A DNA stretch of 56,296 bases from Pseudomonadota bacterium (lineage in GTDB: Bacteria; Desulfobacterota; Anaeroferrophillalia; Anaeroferrophillales; Tharpellaceae). A model generated the notes under the pieces. That model was not told the origin of the DNA. It saw only the letters and a program-made list of their open reading frames with translations, and made no database searches. Location: positions 1 through 56,296 of the forward strand of contig DAOWHJ010000038.1 of the NCBI GenBank assembly GCA_030641485.1, given 5' to 3'. Below are positions 25,737-35,271 of this stretch, one piece after another (positions within the stretch are counted from its first letter, which is position 1; each line of letters begins with the position of its first letter). Position numbers and translations under genes: made by a program.

Positions 25737-27569
25737 TCAAAGTAAACTTGATGATGGCAACCGCAATCTGACCCTGACCCCGACCCCGGGTTTACTCTCC
25801 ATATCTAACTCCGCCCCAAGACAATCGGTCCGGTATTTGAGAATACTCAGGCCCATCCCTTTAGGGTTGGGGTTATCCGGCAACCCCCGACCATCGTCAA
25901 CAATTTCAACTAATAAGGATTGCGGCTCATGCGCTAAAGAGATCGATATGTTTTTGGCCCCGCCGTGCTTTACGGCATTGTGAACTGCCTCATGAACAAT
26001 ATAATAGATATGGGTTGCGACCGTGTTGTTGCCCAAGGTCACCACCTCTGCAGAGGTGAAAGAACAGTTAACATTGTAAATCCTGGCAACATTTTCAGCC
26101 ATCTCCTCAAGAGAGACCTCAAGACCATAAACCGCCGCTTCAACCGGCATCAGACCACGAGCTAAATTTCTGGTTTTGCTGGTTGCTTCACCGATAAGCT
26201 CTCTGATCTTTTCGGCAGAAGCGGCCTCGGCGGTTAATTCTGGCTGGTGGGCCAACTTCTCTTTCAAAACTTTGCTCAAAACTTCAGTACCAATCAGGTG
26301 CGGGCACAAATCATCATGTAAAATACGGCCAAACTTCTGCTTTTCACGCTCACTTACATTAAGCAGTTCACGCTCTAAACGCCGACGCCCGGCGATCTCA
26401 AGTTGGAGATTATTATGATAGGTTTCCAGCTTCTCCATAAACAGGTTGAAATGCCGGGCCAGCTGACCGATTTCATCATTAGGTGCCTGAAACATACGCA
26501 CCGAAAGATCTCCGGCAGTCGCGGCGGTCAGGCGCCGGATTAACTCCCGCATAGGTCGAATAATTGCCGCACTAATCAGCAGCGTCAACGGCATAAAAAA
26601 TATCATGGTTACGAGAACAGCTGCCAGAATAAGAGTTTTAACCGTCTGCAAAGGAGCATAGATCTCATCCATATAGCTGGAGGAGGCGACGATCCAGTCA
26701 TATTCCGGAATATAGTTGAAGATAACCAGTTTTTCACGAAATTTGTCCTCACCCGGGTTCTTCCAAGTGTAAATCAATTTGCCATTTTTCAGGCGGCAAA
26801 GCTCCTGCACAAACAAGTGACCTTCACTATCGACCGCAGCAAAAACATTACCTTCAACCAAGGGATGAACTACGACATTACCAACACTATCCAGAACAAA
26901 AGAGTAGCCCGACTCCCCAAACCGCATCGCCAGAATGGCTTCACTAAAATCTGAAACATTAACCAGCTCTTTGAACTCATCCCGATAAGTTGAGACTGAA
27001 ATAATCCAATCCCAGGGGGCAAAATAGCTCATAAACATGGCTTTAGAGCGTTTTTTAACCTCACCCGGATTGCGCCAATCATACTCTAAATAACCGGCTT
27101 TACGCTGAATTTGTTCAACCACAAAACCGACCGTTTTAAAGTTGCGGCCAATCACTGATCTGTTCGGGTGGACAACCGCCACCCCCAAACTGTTAACGCA
27201 ATAAATATAACCAGTCTTACCAATCGACTGACTCGAAAAAATTCTTGCAGCTTCCAGCTTGGCTGCACTCTCAGAAATTTCACCGGCAAGTTGCCGAACA
27301 TAGATACTTTCAACAATTTCAAGATTTTTCTCCGCCACCGCACGCAGATAGTTCTTGATTGATACTGAAGCGGTAGTACGGACTGTATTTAAGATCGCAA
27401 TAGTTGAGTTTTTAAGCTCGCGTTCAACCCCACTCTCAACCGTGGTACGCATCAGAGAGTAGATAAGGGAGCTTAAGATAAGCAGGGAGAGGATCAGAAT
27501 GGCCGAATATCCACCAAAAAGTTTGGCCCGGATATTCAAATTGCGAAAAAATTTTGTCAACCGATGCAT
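25737..27569 (-). CDS. Sensor histidine kinase with periplasmic double-Cache-like domain, HAMP and HisKA_3/HATPase (610 aa)
   Basis: Two TM segments flank a region with repeated GY.Y..W....... Cache-like motifs. HAMP is PMRELIRRLTAATAGDLSVR. The NarX-type H-box is ILHDDLCPHLIG, and the ATPase motifs are HNAVKHGGA...DDGRGL. Confidence 0.85.
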   Translation of the reverse strand: MHRLTKFFRNLNIRAKLFGGYSAILILSLLILSSLIYSLMRTTVESGVERELKNSTIAILNTVRTTASVSIKNYLRAVAEKNLEIVESIYVRQLAGEISESAAKLEAARIFSSQSIGKTGYIYCVNSLGVAVVHPNRSVIGRNFKTVGFVVEQIQRKAGYLEYDWRNPGEVKKRSKAMFMSYFAPWDWIISVSTYRDEFKELVNVSDFSEAILAMRFGESGYSFVLDSVGNVVVHPLVEGNVFAAVDSEGHLFVQELCRLKNGKLIYTWKNPGEDKFREKLVIFNYIPEYDWIVASSSYMDEIYAPLQTVKTLILAAVLVTMIFFMPLTLLISAAIIRPMRELIRRLTAATAGDLSVRMFQAPNDEIGQLARHFNLFMEKLETYHNNLQLEIAGRRRLERELLNVSEREKQKFGRILHDDLCPHLIGTEVLSKVLKEKLAHQPELTAEAASAEKIRELIGEATSKTRNLARGLMPVEAAVYGLEVSLEEMAENVARIYNVNCSFTSAEVVTLGNNTVATHIYYIVHEAVHNAVKHGGAKNISISLAHEPQSLLVEIVDDGRGLPDNPNPKGMGLSILKYRTDCLGAELDMESKPGVGVRVRLRLPSSSLL

Positions 27570-27805
27570 TTAACGCACTCAAAAGGGCCGATAGAGAGAT
27601 AACTCGGCCGATACTGCACTTAGGTTTTACCAGGAGTTGGTGAAGAGACACAGAGGTTGGATGAGATACAATTTATTTTTCAGAAATGCAACTAAAAACG
27701 TAGCCAATACCTGTTGAACCACTCGTTCGTTGCACTCACTAGAGGACCCAGAGTTCACAGAGACCATAATGCCGTTCTCTGTGTCCTCTGTGGTGAAAAA
27801 AGGCA

Positions 27806-29614
27806 CTAACTATATACTTCATCGATATCAGCGGCAAATTTTTTGTAGACATTGGCCCGACGAATTTTCATGGTCGCCGTCATCTCATCATCATCATGAT
27901 CGAGTTCTTTAGTTAAAAGTTTGAAGCGCCGGATATTTTCGACTCGGGCAAATTGTTGGTTCGCCTTTTCAACCTCATCTTTAATCAAAGCAAATACTTG
28001 GGGCAGGCCCGAGAGATTTCTGAAGTTAGTAAAAGGGATCTCTTGATCGATCGCCCACTTGCCCACGTTATCAAAATCAATTTGTAACAGGGCGGCCAAA
28101 TAATTACGCCCCTCACCGACAACAATTGCTTCTTTTATGTAGAGGCTGGTGGTCAGCGCATTCTCGATCTCTGAAGGCGCAATATTTTTACCACCTGAGG
28201 TAATGATTATATCCTTCATCCGATCAACAATCTTCAAGTGCCCGTCTTCATCCAGTTGAGCGACATCACCGGTATGGAGCCAACCATCAACGATCATGTC
28301 CTCGGTGGCGGCCTCATTCCTGTAGTAACCGACAAAAATCGATTCGCCGCGCTTTAAGAGTTCTCCCTGATCGCTAAGTTTGAAATCAATTATATCAATT
28401 GCTTTGCCGACCGTACCCAGCTTAATATCATCGCCCATATGGATAAATGAGAGCCCAGTACACTCGGTCATACCATAACCCTCTTTGACTCGAATACCAA
28501 TATCATGAAAAAAGCGCAAGACCTCAGGACTGACTTTAGCCGCCGCTGAAAAACAGAAGTGAGCTTTACGCAAACCAATAAAATTCTGCAAAGAACGAAA
28601 TATTAACCAGTAAGCCAGTGTGTCCAGAAGTTTCAAGCCCGGGCCCACCGCCTTGCCACTCAATAAAAACTCGGACCGTTTCCTGCCGATAGCCATACAT
28701 CTCTGGTAGATCCACCTATTAAAAGGCGAGGTCTCTTTAATATTGATAATGATTGATGACTGCAATTTTTCCCATATTCTTGGGACCCCTAAGAATATAG
28801 TCGGCGCCATTTCCCGTAAATCGGACTGGATGGTGGCAATACTTTCAGCAAAATTTACAGAAAAACCAACATATATCGGCAGAAACAGAGTGAAAATTTT
28901 CTCCGCGACATGACATAAAGGCAGATACGAGACCACCGTATCACTAACCTGTGGTTCTATCGCCGCCATGGTACTGAGGGTTGTTGCTTCAATATTGCGA
29001 TGATTGATCATCGCCCCCTTGGGTTTCCCGGTAGTCCCCGAGGTATAGATCATAATACAGACATCTTCTGGACGACCCTGCGCTACCTCTGAAGCAAAAA
29101 GACCTAAATTTTCTGCGGCCAGTTCACGGCCACGCTTCTCGATCTCCTGAAAAGAGATAATATTCTCTTTCGGATAGTTGCGCAGGCCTTTCATATCGAT
29201 AACAATAATTTTCTGCAATTTGGGTAACTCATCCCAAACCTCGAGAATTTTATCGGTCTGTTCCTGGTCTTCACAGACAACAAAAACCGCCTCGGCATGA
29301 TCGACTACATATTGAACTTCAGTCGATGGGCTGGTCGGATAAACCCCAATCGTAATCCCACCTAAGGCGATAGCACCAAGTTCAGCGTAGATCCATTCCC
29401 GACAATTTTCACTAATGATCGCTAGGTGATCACCACGACAAAAGCCTGAGGCTTTCAAGCCCAAAGCAAAATGAGTTACATGTTCACGATACTGCTGCCA
29501 GGTAATACTCTGCCAGATACCAAATTCTTTCTCGCGCAAAGCCACCTGATCTGAACGCTTGGCCGCCATATCGAGAAAGCTTTGACAAAGGGTTTTTCCG
29601 CTTAACTCAGCCAC
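27806..29614 (-). CDS. AMP-dependent acyl-CoA ligase (long-chain fatty-acid-CoA ligase-like, 602 aa)
   Basis: AMP-binding motif MIYTSGTTGKPKGAMINH, GYGMTE, HTGDVAQLDEDGHLKIVDRMKD. The start overlaps the upstream ABC ATPase gene by 13 nt. Confidence 0.85.
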   Translation of the reverse strand: MAELSGKTLCQSFLDMAAKRSDQVALREKEFGIWQSITWQQYREHVTHFALGLKASGFCRGDHLAIISENCREWIYAELGAIALGGITIGVYPTSPSTEVQYVVDHAEAVFVVCEDQEQTDKILEVWDELPKLQKIIVIDMKGLRNYPKENIISFQEIEKRGRELAAENLGLFASEVAQGRPEDVCIMIYTSGTTGKPKGAMINHRNIEATTLSTMAAIEPQVSDTVVSYLPLCHVAEKIFTLFLPIYVGFSVNFAESIATIQSDLREMAPTIFLGVPRIWEKLQSSIIINIKETSPFNRWIYQRCMAIGRKRSEFLLSGKAVGPGLKLLDTLAYWLIFRSLQNFIGLRKAHFCFSAAAKVSPEVLRFFHDIGIRVKEGYGMTECTGLSFIHMGDDIKLGTVGKAIDIIDFKLSDQGELLKRGESIFVGYYRNEAATEDMIVDGWLHTGDVAQLDEDGHLKIVDRMKDIIITSGGKNIAPSEIENALTTSLYIKEAIVVGEGRNYLAALLQIDFDNVGKWAIDQEIPFTNFRNLSGLPQVFALIKDEVEKANQQFARVENIRRFKLLTKELDHDDDEMTATMKIRRANVYKKFAADIDEVYS

Positions 29615-30423
29615 CGCTTTCTCCGTTTATAATGTTTCACATCACGATAACTCTTCTCTTCTCCCTGCTGGCCAAAACCTAAATAAAACTCCTGGACGTC
29701 TTGGTCGTTCAGGAGCTGGTCAACCGGGCCGTCGAGGACCATGCGCCCATTCTCCATAATATAGCCGTAATTGCTGATTGAAAGTGCAATCTGGGCATTC
29801 TGCTCAACCAACAAAATAGTGGTTCCTTCACGTTGGTTAATCTCTTTAATGATTGCAAAAATCTCATCAACCAAAAGCGGTGCCAACCCTAATGAGGGTT
29901 CATCAAGCATCATTAATTTAGGTTGTGCGAGCAGCGCTCGACTGATTGCCAACATCTGCTGTTCACCCCCGGAAAGATAGCCGGCTAATCTTTTCCGACG
30001 ATCCTTTAATGAAGGAAAATAGCTGAAACACTTCTCAATATCATGGCGCACCTGAGCCCGGTCTTTACGAATGTAAGCCCCGCAACTCAAATTTTCTTCA
30101 ACCGTCAAATCCTCAAAAACCCGCCGCCCTTCAAGTACTTGAAAGATTCCTTGACGTACAATCTGGTGCGGTTGCAGCCCGGCTAATTTTTGCCCCATAA
30201 ACTCAATCGAACCATCACTTATCTCACCATCCTCCAACGGCAGAAAACCGCTGATCGCCTTTAATGTCGTTGACTTGCCGGCTCCGTTAGAACCGAGCAG
30301 GGCCACGATTTCACCTTCAGGAACTTCCAGCGAAAGCCCCTTAAGCACCAGAACAACATGGTTGTAGATAACCTCAATGTTGTTGACCCGAAGCAGCACC
30401 GGTTTTTTTTCTTTAATGGTCAT
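29602..30423 (-). CDS. ABC transporter ATP-binding protein, LivF-like (273 aa)
   Basis: Walker A GSNGAGKSTT, signature LSGGEQQML, Walker B LMMLDEPS. Confidence 0.85.
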   Translation of the reverse strand: MTIKEKKPVLLRVNNIEVIYNHVVLVLKGLSLEVPEGEIVALLGSNGAGKSTTLKAISGFLPLEDGEISDGSIEFMGQKLAGLQPHQIVRQGIFQVLEGRRVFEDLTVEENLSCGAYIRKDRAQVRHDIEKCFSYFPSLKDRRKRLAGYLSGGEQQMLAISRALLAQPKLMMLDEPSLGLAPLLVDEIFAIIKEINQREGTTILLVEQNAQIALSISNYGYIMENGRMVLDGPVDQLLNDQDVQEFYLGFGQQGEEKSYRDVKHYKRRKRWLS

Positions 30424-30535
30424 AAATTTATGGATTTAGGTTTTAATTTTGGTAAATATTCGGCTAACTACCGTAAAGTCGCAGCAAATAGCAGCGATCG
30501 TCGCTTCGCCCACTCGCACCGTTTAAATTCCTGCA

Positions 30536-30567
30536 CCAGGTTGTTCGCCTACCGACGAACAACCTGG
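30536..30567. other. GC-rich 12-bp intercistronic hairpin
   Basis: CCAGGTTGTTCG (30536-30547) / CGAACAACCTGG (30556-30567) with an 8-nt loop. It lies in the 229-nt gap between the binding-protein gene and the LivF-like gene. No U-tract. Confidence 0.5.
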
Positions 30568-30631
30568 CCGTCATTTATTCGACGGGAACTAAAGGTCCCC
30601 GCATCGAAATGGGCTGCACAAACTATTCACA

Positions 30632-30652
30632 AATTCAAGAACACCTTGAATT
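30632..30652 (-). other. 8-bp hairpin abutting the stop codon of the binding-protein gene
   Basis: AATTCAAG-AACAC-CTTGAATT lies immediately next to the stop at 30653-30655. On the minus strand it is followed by TGTGAATAGTTTGTG. Confidence 0.4.
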
Positions 30653-31831
30653 CTATTTCAGGTAGATCCAGTCTGATGCCGGAACAAACTCACCATTTTT
30701 AGCGATAAACACCATACCAACACCAGTCGCGTTGCTGTCGCCAAAACTGATTTTACCGGCAAAATCACCGGTATCCCAATCCTTGATTTGTGGGATCATA
30801 TCTTTCAGGTTCGGTCCGGTAATCGGCAGGCCTTTTGCTTTACACATTTTGGCCAACTTGACATAAACCATCCCGGTAAACCATCCCTGCATATAGGAAT
30901 TGGGACGATATTTAACATCGGGATGATGCTTTTGATTAAATTCACGAATTGACTTGATCATCGGCACATCAGCTTGCTGCCAGTAAGCATAAGGATTGAT
31001 GCCCATATAACCTTCAGCATCAGCCCCGAGTTTTCCTAAAAGCATCTTTGACATCGCCCAGAAAGTTCCCATAAAAGTCGTTTTCAGGCCATAATCACGA
31101 GCTCCCTGAATAACGGCAGGAATCGGCGGGACAACATAGCCCTGAAAGATACAGTAATCAGGATTGTGCCGTTTAAGGTCTAAAATCTGACTTGAGATAT
31201 CGACCGCGCCAACCTTGGTGATCTCTTCGGCAACGACTTCAACCCCTAACTCTTTTGCCATCTTACGGGCATAGGGAATCGGATCACGACCGAATTCAGT
31301 GTCGCTGTAGAAAAAGGCTACGGTTGCCTTTTTGCCCTTGGTTTTCGGATTTGCGGCAATATATTTGAGTAAGAGACCGAACTGCTGAGCGTAGGTCGGA
31401 CCGGAGACAAACATATAGGGGTTTTTTTCACGATCAGCTAATTCCTGAGAGAAAGAGGTTGAACCGTAAACAATTTTGTACTTGTTATTAATTTCCGGGG
31501 CCAAGGCTTTACCTTCTCCGGTCGACTCCCCATAGTTCATCACCGGACTCTCTTTTGCCATCACTTTTTTGAACGCCGCAATCGCTCGCTTCAAATCGTA
31601 GCCGGTATCATCATAAATATATTTAAGCTGCAAGCCATCCACACCACCCTGTTCGTTGGCGTAAGCCAATGAGTCAGCCAAGCCCTGATGAATATGTTTT
31701 CCGGCAAAAGCAAAACGCCCGGTCAAAGGCTGCTGGGCACTAATTTTAATCGAATTATCAGCCCACACGGCACCGCCCGCCAGACTCAAACACAAACCTA
31801 CAATTAAACTGCACAATAGTCGAGAACGCAT
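30653..31831 (-). CDS. ABC transporter periplasmic substrate-binding protein, LivK/Leu-Ile-Val-binding family (392 aa)
   Basis: Signal peptide MRSRLLCSLIVGLCLSLAGGAVWA. The type I periplasmic binding fold pattern and position in a LivGHMF-type operon support the call. The ligand cannot be inferred. Confidence 0.8.
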   Translation of the reverse strand: MRSRLLCSLIVGLCLSLAGGAVWADNSIKISAQQPLTGRFAFAGKHIHQGLADSLAYANEQGGVDGLQLKYIYDDTGYDLKRAIAAFKKVMAKESPVMNYGESTGEGKALAPEINNKYKIVYGSTSFSQELADREKNPYMFVSGPTYAQQFGLLLKYIAANPKTKGKKATVAFFYSDTEFGRDPIPYARKMAKELGVEVVAEEITKVGAVDISSQILDLKRHNPDYCIFQGYVVPPIPAVIQGARDYGLKTTFMGTFWAMSKMLLGKLGADAEGYMGINPYAYWQQADVPMIKSIREFNQKHHPDVKYRPNSYMQGWFTGMVYVKLAKMCKAKGLPITGPNLKDMIPQIKDWDTGDFAGKISFGDSNATGVGMVFIAKNGEFVPASDWIYLK

Positions 31832-31861
31832 CGTCTTCCTCCATTTAACTTAAGTGAAAAC

Positions 31862-31886
31862 TTAAAAAACCCGGCATATCCGGGAC
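31862..31886 (-). terminator. Terminator/attenuator-like hairpin plus U-run just upstream of the binding-protein gene
   Basis: The minus strand reads CCCGG-ATATG-CCGGG followed by TTTTTTAAGTTTT. It sits about 30 nt before the GGAGG RBS and ATG at 31831. Confidence 0.4.
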
Positions 31887-31908
31887 TAAACTTTACATTA
31901 GAGATGGC

Positions 31909-32097
31909 GTAATTATTCAGATTCCCACCATAAAGCCACAACAAATGGTGGCGAACATTGCTTCGCTCCCATAAACGGGGTTCACACCCCAAGAGTGCTT
32001 CCTCGCTACGCTCACAGCGAAGCCTGGGGTGCTGACGCACCTTGTACCAGCAATGACCCCAATCCGGCAGTTTGTAGATGGCACCTAAAATAGTTAC
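31909..32097. mobile_element. MITE-like palindromic element, family A copy 3 (189 bp, carries an internal ~40-nt insertion)
   Basis: Terminal repeats are GTAATTATTCAGAT / ACCTAAAATAGTTAC. It is flanked by a perfect 8-bp direct repeat GAGATGGC (31901-31908 and 32098-32105). It is collinear with copies 1 and 2 except for an extra segment at about 31982-32024. Confidence 0.8.
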
Positions 32098-32223
32098 GAG
32101 ATGGCTAAGCAAAAATTTCGATAGGCAAGGAAGAATAATTTTTGCGAGTGAGACTATACGAGTAGTATGTCGAACCCGTAAAAATTATTCTGACGCAGTA
32201 TATCGAAATTTTTTGCAACGCCA

Positions 32224-33267
32224 TCAGTGTTTAAAGGGCCAGAGGCGAAAATAGGCTTTGACCCTACACCACATCTCGGCCAGACCATGGGGCTCAAAGA
32301 CGAGAAATAGAACGATCAACAAACCAAAAACCACCGTTTGCAAAGGGTAGAGATAGGCCATCGCCTGCGGAAAATAACCTTCAAAAAACTTTAATATTGT
32401 CTGTAAGACTTCAGGGATCAGGGTCATAAAGATAGCCCCGTAGATTGCCCCCAGGATATTACCGAGACCACCGACAATAATCATTGCCAGATAACGAATA
32501 CTTTCATGCAGGGGGAAATGTTCTGGAGTAATCGATTTCAGATGATTTACCCAGAGACAGCCGGCAACCCCGGCAAGAAAGGAACTCACAGCAAAGGCGT
32601 AAAGTTTATAGCGAAAAAGATTTATGCCCATCAACTCCGCTGAGATATCACGGTCCCGAATCGCGATAAAGGCCCGACCGACCCGGGTGCGAAAGATATT
32701 GCGACTCATAGTTGCAGCGATAACAACTACGACCAGCGTAACCCAATAGAAACCAAACTCACTACCAACATCAAGACCGAAAATTGTCGGAGGCTCAATA
32801 TTAAGCCCACGAATTCCACCGGTTAGTGATTCCCAATGAACGAAAAAAAACTCGAAAATAACCTGTGCGGCCAAAGTTGTAATACAGAGATAAAGACCCT
32901 TCATCCGCATCGATGGAGCGCCAACTAAAACCCCGAAAAAGGCTGAGACAAGACCGGCCAAGGGCAGGCAGACAATCAACGACAGACCAAAACGATTGGT
33001 CAATACTGCCGCCGTATAGGCCCCGATCCCGACAAATGCGGCATGACCTAAAGAAATTTGGCCCGCAGCTCCAGTCAGAATATTCAGACCCAAGGCCGCA
33101 ACTATGGCGATACCAGTGATATTTGCCATATAGAGCAGATATTCACCCGCCATAAATGGAAAAATAGCTAACATAACAAATAGAACCCCGAGCCAAAAAC
33201 GACTGGTTGAGGTCACAAAGACCGCCTCATCGGCGGCATAGCTCTCTTTATAGTCACCGATACGCAT
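32224..33267 (-). CDS. Branched-chain amino-acid-type ABC transporter permease, LivM-like (347 aa)
   Basis: Polytopic membrane protein with the GQISLGHAAFVGIGAY motif typical of LivM. Confidence 0.85.
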   Translation of the reverse strand: MRIGDYKESYAADEAVFVTSTSRFWLGVLFVMLAIFPFMAGEYLLYMANITGIAIVAALGLNILTGAAGQISLGHAAFVGIGAYTAAVLTNRFGLSLIVCLPLAGLVSAFFGVLVGAPSMRMKGLYLCITTLAAQVIFEFFFVHWESLTGGIRGLNIEPPTIFGLDVGSEFGFYWVTLVVVVIAATMSRNIFRTRVGRAFIAIRDRDISAELMGINLFRYKLYAFAVSSFLAGVAGCLWVNHLKSITPEHFPLHESIRYLAMIIVGGLGNILGAIYGAIFMTLIPEVLQTILKFFEGYFPQAMAYLYPLQTVVFGLLIVLFLVFEPHGLAEMWCRVKAYFRLWPFKH

Positions 33268-33273
33268 AAGTTT

Positions 33274-34158
33274 CTACAATCTCTCAATCTCTTTACGGCC
33301 GAAAAGACCATACGGTCGAACCATCAGGATCAACACCAAAACTACAAAAGGGGCAACATTTTTGGCGCCACCACCAACCAGTGGGTCAAGGTAGCCACCA
33401 GCCAAATTTTCCACAATCCCAACAATGAAACCACCTAAAACAGCACCACCGATCGAATCGAGTCCACCTAAAATGACAACCGGAAAAATCTTTAAGCCGA
33501 TCCCACCAAGATTGGGCTGAACACCACCGATATTACCAATAATCAAGCCGCCAATCGAGGCCGCAATAGCACCAAAAATCCAGGCCAGGGTAAACATGCT
33601 ACGAACATTGATACCCATTGAAAATGAGGCCATTTGATCACCGGCTGTCGCCCGCATCGCAACCCCGACTTTAGCATACTTAAAAATAAGGGCAAAAATA
33701 GCTACGGTTGTCATCGCCACGACAAAACCCCAAAATAGATTGGAGCGGATAATCAAATCACCAACAATAATTGGAGCTCGAGGGAAAAGCGGCGGAAAAC
33801 TTTTAAAATCCGAGGTCCAGATCATCTCAGCAACCCCGGTCAAGATAGAACTCAAGCCAATTGTCACCATCACTATACTGATTGTGGGCTGACCCAACAT
33901 ATGTCGTAATATAGTTCTTTCGACCAGCAGGCCAAGCAGACCAGCCCCGGCCATGACCACAATGAAAGAAGGAATCGCGGGCATACCAACCAATACCGAG
34001 CAGGTATAGAAGATATAGGCTCCAATCATCATAAATTCACCGGTAGCAAAGTTTATGATGCTGGTTGCCTTATAGATGAGGACAAAACCCAAAGCAATCA
34101 GGGCGTAGACCCCACCAACCGCAATCCCACTGGTTAGAAGCAAAAGAAAAAATTCCAT
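33274..34158 (-). CDS. Branched-chain amino-acid-type ABC transporter permease, LivH-like (294 aa)
   Basis: The start is trimmed to ATG 34156-34158 (MEFFLLLLTSGIAVGGVYALIALGFVLIY...INFATGE), removing the overlap with the LivG-like gene. Typical LivH N-terminus. Confidence 0.85.
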   Translation of the reverse strand: MEFFLLLLTSGIAVGGVYALIALGFVLIYKATSIINFATGEFMMIGAYIFYTCSVLVGMPAIPSFIVVMAGAGLLGLLVERTILRHMLGQPTISIVMVTIGLSSILTGVAEMIWTSDFKSFPPLFPRAPIIVGDLIIRSNLFWGFVVAMTTVAIFALIFKYAKVGVAMRATAGDQMASFSMGINVRSMFTLAWIFGAIAASIGGLIIGNIGGVQPNLGGIGLKIFPVVILGGLDSIGGAVLGGFIVGIVENLAGGYLDPLVGGGAKNVAPFVVLVLILMVRPYGLFGRKEIERL

Positions 34159-34171
34159 AATTTTACTATCC

Positions 34172-34939
34172 CTACTTTTTGGTTCCGAGATAAGCCCGAA
34201 TAACTTCGGGATGGCGCTGCACCTCAAGCGGGCTCCCTTCGGCAATTTTACGACCGAAATTAAGCACCATAATCCGGTCAGAGATATCCATAATCATCCG
34301 CATATCGTGTTCGATAATGATAATTGTCAAATCGCGTTCTTCCTGAATATCAAGAATAAAACGCACCATATCCTCAGTCTCTTCGGCATTCATACCGGCG
34401 ACCGGCTCATCCATTAATAATATTTGGGGTCGCATTGCCAGAGCTCGAGCCAATTCAACCCGCTTCTGTAATCCATAAGGTAAAGTACTTACCGGTTGCT
34501 TTCGGATATGTTCAATCTCAAGAAAATCGATAATTTCATCTTCGATTTCATCTCTTAATTTCATCTCTTCACGATGAGCACCACCCCAATAAAACGCTGC
34601 CCCGAGCAGACCGGTCTTAAGGTGAACATGACTGCCAAGTTTAATGTTGTCGAGCACGGTCATTCCCCGAAACAGGGCTATATTCTGAAAGGTTCGTGCT
34701 AACCCCGAAGCCGCGCGGCGATCGGGAGAGATATGAGAGATGTCATCACCAGCAAAGGCGATCTCACCTTTTTGCTGGTGATAGAAACCACCTAAGCAGT
34801 TTAGAATAGAGGTTTTACCCGCTCCATTCGGACCAATAATGGCATAAATCTCGCCCTTCTCAACCGAAAAGCTAACATCATGCAATACCTGCAACCCGCC
34901 AAAGGAGAGATGCAAGTTATTTACTTCAAGAAGTGCCAT
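34172..34939 (-). CDS. ABC transporter ATP-binding protein, LivG-like (255 aa)
   Basis: Walker A GPNGAGKTS, signature LPYGLQKRVELARAL, Walker B LLMDEPVAG. Confidence 0.85.
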   Translation of the reverse strand: MALLEVNNLHLSFGGLQVLHDVSFSVEKGEIYAIIGPNGAGKTSILNCLGGFYHQQKGEIAFAGDDISHISPDRRAASGLARTFQNIALFRGMTVLDNIKLGSHVHLKTGLLGAAFYWGGAHREEMKLRDEIEDEIIDFLEIEHIRKQPVSTLPYGLQKRVELARALAMRPQILLMDEPVAGMNAEETEDMVRFILDIQEERDLTIIIIEHDMRMIMDISDRIMVLNFGRKIAEGSPLEVQRHPEVIRAYLGTKK

Positions 34940-35234
34940 AGTTTGCTACATCAAAAACCGGTTTCAGATTTAGGGGAATCTTGAAAAATTAGAACTTTCA
35001 CCCTGAAGAGCAATTTTTCAAGTTACCCTTTAGGTGATTTAAGTTGGCTGATCACTATTAATCCGACTGTACCCCTACTTTAATGAATCGCAAAAAATAT
35101 GTAAATCGGTAATCGCTGTAAATCCCTGTAGGCAACCGACATAAAGATCTTTAGGTTATTCACCTACAGAGCCCAGCCAGCTGAATCGCAGCCATCTCCT
35201 CTTGGTGGCTTCACAAAAAGTAACGGGATGGCTC

Positions 35235-35263
35235 TTGACCTACACCGGACTTTCGTTTAGTAT
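35235..35263 (+). promoter_or_regulatory. Sigma-70-type promoter candidate for pabB (TTGACC-17 nt-TAGTAT), predicting a leaderless or near-leaderless mRNA
   Basis: TTGACC is at 35235-35240, followed by an exactly 17-nt spacer and TAGTAT at 35258-35263. Only 8 nt separate the -10 box from the ATG at 35272, and there is no Shine-Dalgarno sequence. Confidence 0.45.
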
Positions 35264-35271
35264 GCGGCGCC

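Noticed and set aside
31804-32112. 102-aa minus-strand ORF between the permease and binding-protein genes
   Set aside because: It runs straight through family A element copy 3, and its translation follows the repeat. Equivalent ORFs (8141-8434, 12044-12262) cross the other copies in different frames. These are repeat artefacts, not genes.
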